In this document: positions 51,001 through 64,000 of the stretch, piece by piece
How the letters are laid out: each line of letters begins with the position of its first letter
Numbering within the stretch: the stretch's first letter is position 1
NCBI GenBank assembly: GCA_015680685.1
Contig: MNCI01000527.1
Coordinates: forward strand, 429,588-493,587
Direction: 5' to 3'
DNA from: Gnetum montanum
Lineage: Eukaryota; Plantae; Gnetophyta
Length of the DNA stretch: 64,000 nt
The notes under the pieces: generated by a model
What the model saw: the letters and a program-made list of their open reading frames with translations, nothing else
Told to the model about the DNA's origin: nothing
The model's database searches: none
Program-made: the position numbers and the translations under genes

Positions 51001-54000
51001 CCTTGGAAATCTCCAAGGAAAATGAATTTGGAAAGTTAGAGAAGAAGCGTATTCCATGCATCGCATACAGCTATAATAGGTGCAATTATTTGCAAAAGAT
51101 TTGGTCCATCAAAAGTACATACATCAAAGCATGCAATAAGTGTGCACAAGAAACAGATATTCAAAGGTGTCTATACATAGTAGCTACAAAATAGGAGGGC
51201 ACCCAAAAATTGATAGCTGACTTAGATAGCAGCACATTATGCATGGAACCAAGTAAGAGCCTAACATGTGCTTATGTTGAAAGCATGGATGAACTTGAGT
51301 AAGTTCATCACCAACTCTTTGATGATGAAACCAATTGGGAAGAGTTGTAAATCCCTGATCACTTCAAGTAGGAGCCCTTAGAGCTAAAAACTCTAACGGT
51401 TAGCATGGAGCATTTGGCTAAATGAAGAAGTTGTTATTTCTTTCTAAAGTCAAGATCTTATGGCATCTCCTAAGTGAGAAGATAAGTGAGGATGCCATCA
51501 TACCATTTTAGTTTTGTGGGCATTTGTTCATTAATTGCAGTAGTAAAGAGAAGTTCATTTAGAAATTGATTAGAGATTGGGCTCTCCTCCTCTTTGTTAT
51601 CCCATCTTAATCGAGAGAGGTAATCAGTAACCACATTCTCAATTTTCTTTTGATCTATCATTGTGAGATCGAATTCCTACAAGATCACAAGCCACTATAT
51701 GATACGAGGGCTCATCATCGACTTGTTCATTAGGAAGCAGATGGCACTATGGTCTATGTGCACAAACACCTTGTAGCCAAGCACATAGTGCCTAAACTTC
51801 TTGAGAGCAAACACCATAGCCATCAATTCTTTTTCAGTTGTGGTGTAATTCAGCTATGCACCCACACTTTAGCTCGCACAATGAATGTAATATGGATGTT
51901 TTTTATTGTCTAGTTGTGTAAGCATAGCTCCCAAAGCATAATTAGATGCATTCATCATTATGTGAAATGGTCTAGACCAATCTGGTGCCCATAGAATTAG
52001 AGTTTCTATGAGTTTTTCCTTCAACTGTTGGACTGCATGTTCACATTCCTTAGTCTTATCCTATCAATTTTTTGGTGATCAGGGTTGACAACTGCAAAGG
52101 TGACTTCCTCATCAATATGGGAAGGGCTTGGTTTGCTAGTGTGTGCTTGATGAAGATCAATTATGCATTCTCCAGGATGTTCACGAAGGTCCTTGTAGAG
52201 GCCATTATGCAAGAAGGTGAACAATCATAAAAATCTTGAAGGTAGGATATTACTGGCCTACAATCTTTACGGACGCCCACTAGTTTGTTTGATCTTGTGA
52301 ATGTTGCCAATGAGATGGTGGGATGACTGCATGAATGGAAGGTCCTCAACAATGGATTCAACCACTAGAGCCCTTTGACATATGGGGCATTAACTTCATG
52401 GATCCCACCACACCCATGTCCAACGAAAAGGTGTATATCATAGTAGTAGTCAACTATTGCACCACATGGGTAGACGTAGTAGCCATCGTCAATTGTACAT
52501 CATCGACTGCTACCCAATTTATACAACAACAAGTTGTAAGTAGGTTTGGGGTGCCACATGCACTGATTTCTGACAATGGAACTCAATTTACAGATGCTAC
52601 TTTTAGAAAGCTAATGCAATGCTTAGGGGGTTGAACATAAATTAACAACACCCTATCATCCCCAAGCCAACGATCAAGCAGAGGTAACTAACCAAGAGAT
52701 CACAAAATCCTAACAAGAACTATAAGTAAATATAGGAGAGATTGGAGCACAAAACTCAACAATGCCCTATGGGCCTACCACTCAACATGGAAACTCCTTA
52801 TTGGCTACTCTCTCTACAAGCTAGTGTATGGAAAACTTCTAATGCTCCCAATTCAATTTGAGCTCCATACACTCTCAACATCCTATGACTTGAATCTTGA
52901 CCTAAGTATAGCATAGAAAGAAAGAATGATCAACCTCAATGTGCTAGATGAAAACTGATTAGTGGCCTTATCTTTGAACGAGGCACACAAGGCATTTAAC
53001 AAGTAATGTTATGACCTAAGAATATGAAAGGTAAAATGTCAATCAAAAGATAAGGTTCTCTATTAGAATCCCACACATGTACCCTAGAATACCAAATTCC
53101 AAACATTGTGGGAGGAACCTTACATAGTTGCTGAAACATTTCATTTTGGGGTCATGACCATATACAAACCTAAAAGCCCTAATAAAAGGTAGTTAGTCAA
53201 CATCCAATAGGCAACCCAGTGTAACAAATACCTCGACAGACAAACAACCACATTCAGTTTTTTAGATCTCCTCCTTCCAACTCAGTCGTGGGGGAGATGG
53301 TCATCCATGCTAATTATCTATATGGCTCCTTAGTTTTTCTACTTTTTATTTTCCACATTTTTGATTTTGCAAATTTTTTAATTTTTACACCTTTGTGATT
53401 TTCAAATCTTTCCTATTTTTACACCATTGTTAGTACATGTGAATCCTTATTGTATATTTTACTTTGTTTGATTATGATTTTCAATCTTTGCTAATAACAC
53501 ATGCTTCATTGCCAACAGGACATGGGTTGCCACGGTTGCTACTAATGGTGGTTTGTCTTTAATGTTTATTTGCTGATGTTTGGTTTCTAGTTTTGAATTT
53601 TTGTATCGATGATTTAGTCCTAGTTTCTTTTTCATGGTTACAGGTAATGAGTTCACAACATCCACCCATTCTACTAAATATATGGTTTTTCTTGTTTTGG
53701 AAGTCTAAGTCCCGTCTATTAAGTAAACTTTTAATCAACTAGTGACCTTGGTAGTTTTTGGAATTGGGAAATATTCAAAGGTTTGAATAGGGTGTGACTT
53801 CAAGGGGAGTCAATACTCTTTGTACTCTTCTACTTGCTTGAGTGCTTGGGTGTTCTTCATGAACTTTTTACCATTCCATTTCAACCACTTCAGGAGGTCA
53901 AATAAAGTCTTTGCATGGTGTGGTTCCCATCCAAAAATAAACAAACAAACAAAACATGATGGGAATTCAAAGCACATGCCTTAGACAAATAAATAGGCTA

Positions 54001-55357
54001 CAAGCACTAGTTATGGGACTAGAAAGACATGCACCCATGCTTAAAGGTCCCCTCTAACTAAGGCCCTCTCTCACTTCCTACTTCTATTTTCTTCTCTTTA
54101 TGGAATTGTGGTTGTTTTTTTGGAGCACTTTTGTGTCTCGAGGGGATGGATTGATCTTGGAGTGGCAATGCAAAGTCACTAAAAGAGGTTAGTTTTGGTC
54201 TGGACTAAGGATGGATCTTCTTCAGTCATTTTAAACATGTAATCCATTAGGGACTTGTTATGACCTCAACTTGAGAATTCATTCCACCTTCTATGTCATC
54301 CATCACTACTGTTCATAATTCACCTTGCTATTAGTTTCCATGTTTTTGATTCCTTGATTTGATCAAATGTACTTGAATTCTTCCGTAGAACCTTTTAGGT
54401 GAGTTCTTAACCTTCCTTACAATTAGTAACCTATGGAGTCCATGGGCTCCTCAGTTGAAGTTATGCAAGAAAAAACTAGGCATGTGCTTGCTATGGGGAG
54501 GACCTACTTGCATATCTTTTGGTTGGAATGTTAAGCCCCTTACCCTTGACTTTGTTGCAATCATACCTTTCACATGCCTCATTATGCATCCCACTCTATG
54601 CTCATGTACAATCTTATAACGTTCATTCTCTACATTATTTTCTCCAATTTCTCAATTTTTTGAGCTCCAATTCCCTCTTCTACTATTTTCATTCCAATTG
54701 TGGCTTTTTGGGATTCCATTTGACTCTAATTTCATTCAAAAACTCCTTGTATTTTCAAAGTTTTGGAAAAGTCAAATTAAGTCAACGATGGTCAATAGCT
54801 GCGTTGACTAGGCCTAGTCCATGCAGCTAACCCCATCAACTAGGCCCCTTTGACGCATGAGAAAAATGCTATAAATGCCACTAAACACTTTGCCATTTTT
54901 GCAATTTCTTTCATAACACAAGGGGAGTTTTTGCCATTTTTGAGAGCCTAAAACCTTTCCAAGTTCATAAACTTCTAACTGTTTGCCCAAATCACTCCAT
55001 TCTTTGATCTTATAGCTATTAGAGGTAAGCTCTTAGTTGTGGGGGCCACAAATGTCCCATTTTTGATAGAAAATTTTTCACCATTTCTCTAACTCCCACA
55101 AAGGTTTAACTATGAAACCAGCTGTCAAACATCAAGATAGAAGAAGTTAAACCCTTTCAACAAGCTCCAGAAATAGCTACAATAAATAATTAGTAAATAA
55201 ATTATTAATTAATTAATGGTTAATTAATTAATTAATAAAACATTCAATTTTCCATGGTCCAACCTTAGTCAAAGTCTAACCAACTAATGGGAATGGTATT
55301 CAAGAATCTAAAGTTTTACATTATATCTACTAATCTATGGATGTTTTGTGATCATAG

Positions 55358-58260
55358 ATGGCATCAAAGGGAAAGCATTTGCAAGAAGCAGGACCATCCC
55401 AACCAAGGGGAAAATGACCAATAATGGGAAGGGGCTAAGAACAAGCCCAACAAGAACCAGTGGCAACCCATGCAACGAGACCTCTTCAACAGGAGCCTAA
55501 AGTAGAATTTGTTTGGTAGATTCTAGAAGCAAAAGTAGCCCTAAAATAATCAAAATGAGGAAAGGTACCAAGACTAACACTAAGGCTTGAAGTCACATTA
55601 ACACAAGTCTACCTTGACACCATCAGGCCTCATGACATCCAACACTCAATTCTCGAAGAACTAAATTTTGGAACATTCTTGGAGCATGCCCCAGTAGAGG
55701 TTAAGACACAACTACAAACCTCTCCCATGTGGCAAACTATAACTTATAGTAGGGAGTGGTACATGGGAGAGACATACCTCTTCTAGAATAATAAAAGGCC
55801 AGGCTCTATCATTAAGATCAAGGACATCTAGGTGTCTTATTTGGTTGAAGCAATCATATAGGTGCTTGGGTTATCTGACACAGGAACAAAATTGGAAAAT
55901 TTGTTAACACAAGCTAACCCTGAAGCCAAGAAGAAGTGGATCCAATGATGTTATGGAGTTGATTGCAAGGATTTTGGCATGCTCACATTAACATAGTGCA
56001 TCTACTTCAAGATAACAACTTATCACCTCAATCCAATGGTGAAGCTTAGCAAGGTGACTACCTTTTCAGCCCAAGCATGCACTACACTAAGTGGGAGATT
56101 TCTTATAAACCTTCCACAATTGATCTACTTAGAGATTGAGAAATGTTTCAAGGAAAATGAATGTGAAGGAAAAACACTGCTCTTTTCATGCCTCATCAAG
56201 AAACTTTGCAAAAAGACAAGAATCATCTGCTATGCCAATGATATAATCTGACATACTCCTATGACTTCATGGTCTAAAATGATGAAAGCCAAGACAGTTG
56301 CCATCATCAAAGAAGAGGAGCAGCAATTACCACCTTTGCCACCCACTCAAGAAACAACGTTGGAGGCTCGTGTAGCCATTGAGTGCTTGCACAAAATCTG
56401 AGAGTAGCTCCTGCATGATTAAGAACATGATGCACAAACAAGTGGTGGTAATCCATTTGCATATTGATCGACAATGAGTTACCTTAATGAGGTGGCTCAA
56501 ACAATTAGTTGCATGGAGAGATGTGGGTCGATATTCTCTATCTGGCGAACACAATTGCCTGCGAGATTGAATCCTAGTGCTTGAGAGGTGACAGTGCCCT
56601 TATCATAACACCCTTTATTAGTAGAAATTTCTAGGAATGTCACTTCCTTTTGGGTGTGCTTGGAGGAGGACAAGGGGGCAATTGTACTGGTGATGTGCCA
56701 CTAGGGGCAAGAGATAGCTACTAAAGTAGTCACTGACCAAGTAGTTGAAGCAGTTAACGCACCTATGGCATTTGTACTAGACATAGCTGCAGTTCAAGAT
56801 GTGCAAATGTCCATAGTCACAGTTAACAGGAGATTAAATGTAGCTTAGCATGAAGAATTATTGGATTGATTGGTAGGGACCAAGCAATTAATTTTGCATA
56901 TCTTCGATCTTTTGGATAACGTCACTACAACCTAGTCGAAGCTACTAGAAGTAAGGGGCAAGTGCATCATTTTTGAGGGGCAACTTGAAAAGGCTCAAGC
57001 ACAAAACCAACGCTTGGTTGTAGAGATTACCTAATTGCATGCCCACTTTGTTGACCTCATGCTCCTTAGCCCAGCAATAACCAACGATGAAGCTTTTTAA
57101 CAACATTAAGAAGGATTCAGGAAGGCTGAGGAGGAAGCAATGATGGCCATCTTCAACTAGTCAGTAGCAAAAGCAAACACATATTCAGTTCAGAAGCACT
57201 TAGTTCAGATGCGCTAGAAGAATCAAGCACTGATAGTAGAAAATTATCACCTATGAAATGTTGATTCCCAAAAAGAACAAATTTAAGAATTCATTCATCA
57301 ACAGTAGGAGCAGCTTGCCAGGGTGAACACTAAGTTAAGGAGATTTGCCATAAAAAATCAAAATTTATCCATGGAGGAAGTTTGAGCCTTATGCCAAAAG
57401 TCTACCATTGAGATTGTCGCCTAGAAAAATGAGGCTCTCAAGTCTAAAAGAGTAAAGAATCACTACAGAGACGAGGTTGGCTTACAGAAGGAAATCAATG
57501 AGAAACACATGCAATTGGCTAAGGCAAAAGTTAATGAGACTCTCTAGAAACTCAAACATGGAAGAGAGGTGTTGTAGCCCATCATTGATGGGATTGATGC
57601 ATACAACAAAGTGGAAAGTCCCCTAAAGGAGTTGAAGATAGAGGAAATGACAGAATACATAGAGTTGGCCAATCTTTGCCATGAAAACTTGGTAATGTTA
57701 ATTGCTAGATGGCCATGGTTAGAATTAGAAAAATAAGTGGTGAGCTTGTACTTGTTGTACAAGGTAGAGTCTAAGCATCACAAAGACACCAAGTAGAAGC
57801 TTGAGATAGCAAACACTGAACTTGAGTTCTCTACATGTGATTCATAGACCAACGATCTATCGTCAAGAACTTGGCCAAGAGAATGAATGATTACTAGGAG
57901 CTGAAAGATTTAGTCAGAGTGTTCAACATCTAGCGTAAAAAATTTGCTACTTGGTTTATCAATGTGAAGGAGATGTTTCTCATGATGTCCTATTTGTGGG
58001 ATGTCCCCATTCCAACCCACATCGAAGATGTTGTGTGGATTGTGAATGATCCTCGAAGCAAGGAAGAGAAAATGAAAGCATTACTAGATGCTTTTCATCT
58101 ACCACCAAAAGTTGTAGCAGGAGGAGGATAATCATAGCTGCCTTGTTTGTCACACATGCTTGAAGCCAATGAAGGTCCCTTAAAACCTCAGGAGCCACCA
58201 CCTTCTGGGACTATCTAATCTTCACCATTGTCTTCATACCATTAGGGGATGTGTTATGAA
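55358..58260 (+). pseudogene. Athila-type accessory (env-position) ORF, decayed, in copy C
   Basis: ATG at 55358. One main frame broken by stops: ...INLPQLIYLEIEKCF...LLFSCLIKKLC..., a Pro patch, a long E/K/Q/L-rich region, then PIPTHIEDVVWIV. Homologous to 43200-46052 and 63330-64000. Confidence 0.75.
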
Positions 58261-58460
58261 ATTTTTGTAGAGTCATGCAATGGTGTTCAATTTTGTGTCA
58301 TGAACACCACAATTTTTGTAATTGGTTGATATGTACACTCAGGCACTCAGTTTTTGTCAAGTCAGTCTATTTTGTTTTGTTAAGAGTTAGTTAATAATCC
58401 CTTACCTTCCTAATTTTGTAAAAGAACTGAAGGATGAGTTTTCATTTAGTTGTGGGGGTA

Positions 58461-59384
58461 TGATGAGTCATGGTTGGTTGCATCGACAAGGCCTCATCAA
58501 CTTGGCCCCATTAACTGGGCCTCACCAATGAGGCCTTGTTGACACATCATTTCATGCATTGACTACACCCTGTCGATGCAAGGTTTGCTTTTTCCTATAA
58601 ATATGAGCTCATCAACTGCATTTATGGTATGTCTTGTCATAGTAGTAGCAGAGATCTTAGAATTTTTCCATTTGAGACTTAGAATATTTTCCTGAATGCC
58701 TGCAACAAGAGTCATTGAGTGTACGAATCTTTATTCGAGCATTGTTGTACCTAAGCATGATAGTGTGTGCAGTAATAAAGATGAGTTTTCTAATAAACCT
58801 TGTAGCATTTTGGGACAAATTAAATATTTCATTCATGCATTTGATGTTTTTAATTAATTATTTAATATTTTCCAATAATTAATCTAATTAAAATAATTAA
58901 GCAAGATAAACTAGATAGATTAAATACATAAGTATGACTACTTCATGCGTAACATGTATTTGCTTGGTAGTCCCAGTAGCCTTAGTGCTTGGTACACCTA
59001 GTAGCATAGCACTTGGTAACCCAGCAGTGGATACTTGGGTTCAAGACGTGTGCAAAAAGTGGGAACGGATGCTTATGTTAGGATTAGTTAGAGACCAATT
59101 AGTTAAATAATTTAGATTAGTCATTTAAGTACTCTACCTCTCTCTTTAAGCGTCCAAAAACATAAAACATAAAATGATAAAAAATGTTTTGCTTCGAGTA
59201 CTCTTAACCATACCATTATGCTTCACAAGTGTAATCGGGAACACAAAAAATGACCTTAGGGCAAGGTTCACTTCCTAGAAGACTAGTGTACCAAAAACTG
59301 TAAAGTCCACAAAATTCAACTAGATCGTGCATGAATGCTTTGTGATTAGTACGGTTCAGCATAAGGGTACCTTGCCACTCATCA
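58461..59384 (+). repeat. 3' LTR of copy C
   Basis: TGATGAG...CTCATCA, following the PPT. Confidence 0.92.
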
Positions 59385-62229
59385 CTTGTGAAATTTGTAA
59401 TTAAGATGATCTAATATTGTTCCATTCCCAGTTGAGACCAAGTCCATTCCATGTGTAGTAAATCTACATTCACATATCCTTTTCCTTCGACTATTAGGAG
59501 TTCATGATAATTCCCAAAGGACAACCACCACTCCAAGAGAAGAAGAAAACAAAAGCAGGAAGGAGGAACCTTAGTTAGAGGGGTGCCTTAAGGCATGGGT
59601 AACATGTCTTTCCAACCTCATAACCAATGCTTATAGCTCATTATTATGTCTAAGGGTTGTGCTTTGAATTCTTATTTGTTGTTATTTTTTTTAATGGGAA
59701 CCATACCATGCAAAGACATGCTTCTTGGTTTTTGGCTGACAAGAGGAGTGATCTTATTCCAATGGAGAAAAATCATAAAACTTGAGAAAGAATTTGAAAA
59801 GAGAATATGACAAGTCCCCTTAAAGTCACACCCTTTTTAATTCCTTCTTGGTCCATTCCAAGTCTGTTAAGTAGCAAGATCATTGGTTACTTTCAATTGT
59901 AATGTGAAAGGAACTCATGCTTCCAAAATGTAGAGCTTCCTTGGAACAAATGGAAGGGATGGATGTTATGGACCAATTACCTGATATAATTAGAAAATTA
60001 ATGATTTTTTAATAGAGGATATAATTCAAAGACAAGATTTGGCCCTTTAGTAAATCAATCATGACATTAATATCTACATTTTTTAATTTCCAATATTATA
60101 ATAGTAATGGAAAAATCAAAGATTTCCTATAAAATAAGATAAAATACTAAAGAGGTTTTCAAAGAAAAGGAAAATATGTCTAAAATAATTAATAAAATAG
60201 TGAAGAAAATGAAAAACATATGAAGAATGGTGTAAAAAAAAAGGGGGAAAATTGGGTTAGTCCTCACAAAATGTTAGTGTGGATGGCCATGTCCCCCTTG
60301 ACTGAGTTGGGAGGAGGAGATCCAAAAAATAGAATGTGCTTGTTCTTGTTCTGAAGTGTTAGTTTTGGTTATCCAAGGTTCTAAGAATGACTTGACTTGT
60401 TGGATTTTAACCAACATATGCTTTTTTGGGCATAACGGGTGGTAAATGATTAGGGCATGAAGCAATATTTTATTGTAAATGTAAGATTTGTTGTTCATGA
60501 GCTGCAATCTTGCATACTTTGACTTTTGGGGTTAAAAAATATCTTAGAAGTTGTTATTGCCTCACTTGCCAAGAGGAAAAAGTTACCTCATATCTATATT
60601 TGGGCTTGGAAAGGTTGAAAATGCTTTGGGAATTACCAAATTTGCCATTTTCATAGGTTTTGTAGGGGTATAGCCTCAACTATGCTTGAACCATCAACCC
60701 CCACACCCCCCATGGCCTATTGCCCCCACTACACTCCCTACCCCCCAAACCTCCTTACACCCCCTCCCACCCACCCTACACCCCACCTNGTGTAGTCATG
60801 GCAAAACCTAGTGTAGATGTAGTGTTGGAATTGTTAGGATTTTCCATTTTCCATTTTTCATTTTCCCAACAATGGCTAGAGTAGTCACCCCAAGTCTTCT
60901 GTAGTTGTAGCATGGCCATTGTACACAACATTTTCCATAGTTTCTAGCAATTTCTAGTCATTTCCAACAACTTCAACGTAGTCCACCAAGGTTAGCGTAG
61001 TTGGGATGGTGTCAGCATAGTCATGAAAGTCCATTTACTATTTATAGTAAATAGATGGGCTTTGGTGTCTACGATGTATTCCAAACTTATGATAAATGGA
61101 AACTACACTAAAAATTGTAATTATTACCACCTAAAAATAGACATTAATCTGTCAGTAATCATGATAGTGATGTGCAAGCCCCAAAAACAACAATTCCATA
61201 GCCTATATAAATCCGATGTAAACACCTTATTCTAGTTCCAACTTCTCTTCGGTGATAGCATTTGAAAGCATTTTGCAATTCAAAGAGCCTTTGTATCCTT
61301 GCAACCCCTTTGGCAATATTGATATCTACGTTGGGCACAGAGACTCCCAACATGATCCCACTATACCAAAGGTAGAATACCATTTGTCGTCAAAAATGCA
61401 GATCTTGGTGGAAACTAGGACTGAGTTGCTAGAAATTAGGGTTGGGAAGCATTTAGATCGCATGGTTAACACAGAACACAACCTTCTAGCTCCAATGGAC
61501 CTCAAGCTCCTTCAAGACAAAATGATACATCTATTTTGTTCCTATATTTCTTTTCAAGATTATTCTATGCTTGTTAGAAAATTAAGATGTTCTACAAAGG
61601 CCTAAAACTAGTGGCCTACCAAGGCCTAAAACTAGTAAATATGTGGCCTCCCTTTCTTCCCCTTGTACATACATTATGATCTATTTACTTCATTGCATTA
61701 TTTACAATTTCACTTTAACAATTATTCCTCATTTTACATTTTTTACTTTATTACAGTACATTGTCAAATTTTACTTTGAAGCCTTACATTTTACTTTTGT
61801 TTTAATTGTGTAGCATAAATATATTATTTATATAAAATATAAAACAATAGAAAAACATAAAGCATAAAAAATAATTAAAAATTTGTGGTGAAGGAGCAGT
61901 GTTAAACTAGTCAACATACAACATCATGAATGGTAAACATAGCCAAGTAGGTCATGATCATATCCATAGTTGCATAATGTAACAAAAATAGATGATACAC
62001 AATCTTTAAATTCATGTGCAGCAACTAGCCAATAGCCATAAGACTTAAGAATGATAGCCTAACACATTATCAACATCAATATCTTCGATCAAACTATAAG
62101 AAGAGGAGGAATGTTATCAAGCCATCACCGTCTTAACCTAGGACCTATGGACAATAAAACATGTAACCATTAGTGACAAGGGTAGCCATAAATGTAACCA
62201 TTAAAACATGAAATGACCTTAAAACTAAT

Positions 62230-64000
62230 TGATGACCTACGAGGTACCCCTACATCCAACCATATAAATTACAAAGAGTTTACCCATGATCTAATCAAAT
62301 TCCATGGACTTTATCATTTTTGGTGCACTAGTCCTTTAGGAAGTGAATCTAGCCCTAAGGTCAATCATTGTCCTCCCAATTACACTTATGACATTCATTG
62401 GTATGGTTAAGTGTAATTGAGGTAGCTGATTTTTATCATTTTGTGTTTAATAGTTTGGTGCTCAAAATGTGAAAAAAGGAATTTAATTAACTAATCTAAG
62501 TTAACTAATTAACTAGCATTTAACCAATCCTAACATAAGCATCCAATCCCACTTTTCGTACACATCTTGAATCGATGTATCCATTGCTAGGTGACCAAGT
62601 GCTACACTATTGGGCATACTAAGCAATAATGTTGCTGGGATTACCAAGTAAATACGTGTTATGCTCAAAGTGGTCGTACTTATGTATGTAATCTATCTAG
62701 TTTAATTGCTTCATTAATGTAATAACTGGAAAATATTTAATAACTAATTGAAAACATTTCACAAATAATTATGAACATTAAATACATAAATAAAATAGCT
62801 AATCTATCCAAAGTGCTGCAAGGTTTATTAGAAAGCTCATCTTTATTGTTGCACACACTACCGTGCTTAGGTACAACAATGCTTGAATAAAGATCTATAC
62901 ACTCAATGACTCCTACTGTAGGCACTTGGGGGAAAATTCTAACTTTCAAATGGAAAAACTACAAGAGCTCCATTACAACTACAATTTCTAATTACCATAA
63001 ATGTAGTCGCAAGCACGTATTTATAACTAAAAAACAATACTACATCGACACGGCCTCATTGACGCATGGTAAGATGCATCAACTAGGCCATGTCAACGAG
63101 GCCTCGTCAATGCAACCAACTAAACGTGACTCATCATACCCCCATGACTAAATAAAAACTCATCATCAAGTTCTTTTACAAAATTGGGAAGGTATGGGAT
63201 AATTGACTGACTTTTCTTCAAACAAAACAAATTGACTAACATGACAAAAAATGGAGTGCTCAGGTGCATGGATCCACACATTATAAAGAATGACAGTGTT
63301 CAAGATGCAAAATTGACCACCATGACATAACTCTTTAAACCTAGACAACGTGTTCCTTGATGGTGTGAATCTTGTTGGAGAAGATTAAATGATCCCAGGC
63401 GATGGTGATTCCTGAGGCTCCAAGGGACCTTCACCGGCTTCACGCATGGGCAATTGAGGTGGTTGCAGTTGTGCTGCTACTGCTACAACTTCAGGTGGAA
63501 GGTGGAAAGTATCTAGAAGTGCTTTCATTTTCTACTCCTTGCTTCTAGGATCATGCACCGTCCATGTAGCTTCATCAATGTGGGTTGGAACGGGCACATC
63601 CCAGGGATACAAGATTGTTGGAAATAGATCCTTCATGTTGGCGAACCAAGCAGCAAACTATTTGCATTCAACGTCAAACACCCTAATTGTGTCCTTCAGC
63701 TCCTGCTAGTCATTCACCCATCTAGCTAGGTTCTTAGTGATTGATCATTGGTCTCTAAACCATGCTTTGAAAACTTTGATTTTAGCGTTTACAATGTCAA
63801 GCTTCTACTTGGCATCCTTGTGGTGCTCGAACTTTGCCTCATATAATAGATATGAGCTAGCCACATGTTGTTCTAAGTCTGACCAAGGCCATTCGATAAT
63901 CACCATTGCCATGTTTGCATATTGGAGATTCGTCAACTCCATATACTCTGTCATCTCCTCGATTTGCAACTCCTTCAAGCGAATCTCTGCTTTATTGTAG
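62230..64000 (-). mobile_element. Athila-like copy D: 3' LTR (62230-63136), PPT and end of the accessory ORF; continues beyond the window
   Basis: TGATGAC...CTCATCA LTR homologous to the copy C LTRs. tacccccatg at 63137. 63330-64000 matches the reverse complement of about 57600-58260. Confidence 0.88.

Larger units (their letters stand above)
47136..59384 (+). mobile_element. Athila-like copy C: both LTRs, about 12.2 kb, RT deleted, RNase H block inverted
   Basis: LTRs at 47136-48036 and 58461-59384. TSD CTTAT/CTTGT. PBS TGGCACCGTTGCCGGG (tRNA-Asp type) at 48038. PPT tgtgggggta at 58451-58460. gag, PR (IIMGRAWL), INT (FDIWGINFM...ISDNGTQF) and accessory ORF. Confidence 0.93.
42982..60510 (-). 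mobile_element. Athila-like copy B (host): 3' LTR stub, accessory ORF, spacer and integrase end, split by nested copy C
   Basis: LTR stub at 42982-43011. Accessory ORF at about 43200-46052. The spacer continues colinearly from 47135 to 59385. The integrase end at 60280-60510 mirrors 53260-53310. Confidence 0.82.

Noticed and set aside
62230-63136. This LTR as the missing 5' LTR of copy B
   Set aside because: It has a PPT and accessory ORF on its right and no PBS on its left, so it is the 3' LTR of a separate element.

Overview
AT-rich land-plant nuclear DNA with two N gaps. The long TE-filled intron and heavily deaminated repeats suggest a large-genome lineage such as a gymnosperm, but that is inference only. 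One intact host gene is present: a minus-strand, 7-exon exocyst subunit EXO84 (EXO84B-like). Its CDS runs 41933 to 13324, totals 2352 nt (783 aa), and all six introns are GT-AG with consistent phases. Intron 6 is 21,853 bp. It holds RTE LINE pieces, an Au-like SINE, and an antisense L1 that was itself hit by a Copia element, one clear and two probable solo LTRs, with a poly(A) retro-fragment inside the Copia. The flanks carry a decayed intron-containing MULE/SWIM transposase and four copies of one Athila-like Ty3/Gypsy family (TGATGAG...CTCATCA LTRs, tRNA-Asp PBS, large accessory ORF after pol). One full-length copy is nested in inverted orientation inside another copy. There are no prokaryotic features, CRISPR arrays, rRNA or functional tRNA. 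I found no convincing wholly new biological system. The best leads are the accessory ORF with a splice acceptor at its start, the two abutting LTR insertions in one L1 motif, the inverted and patched pol region, and the giant nested intron.
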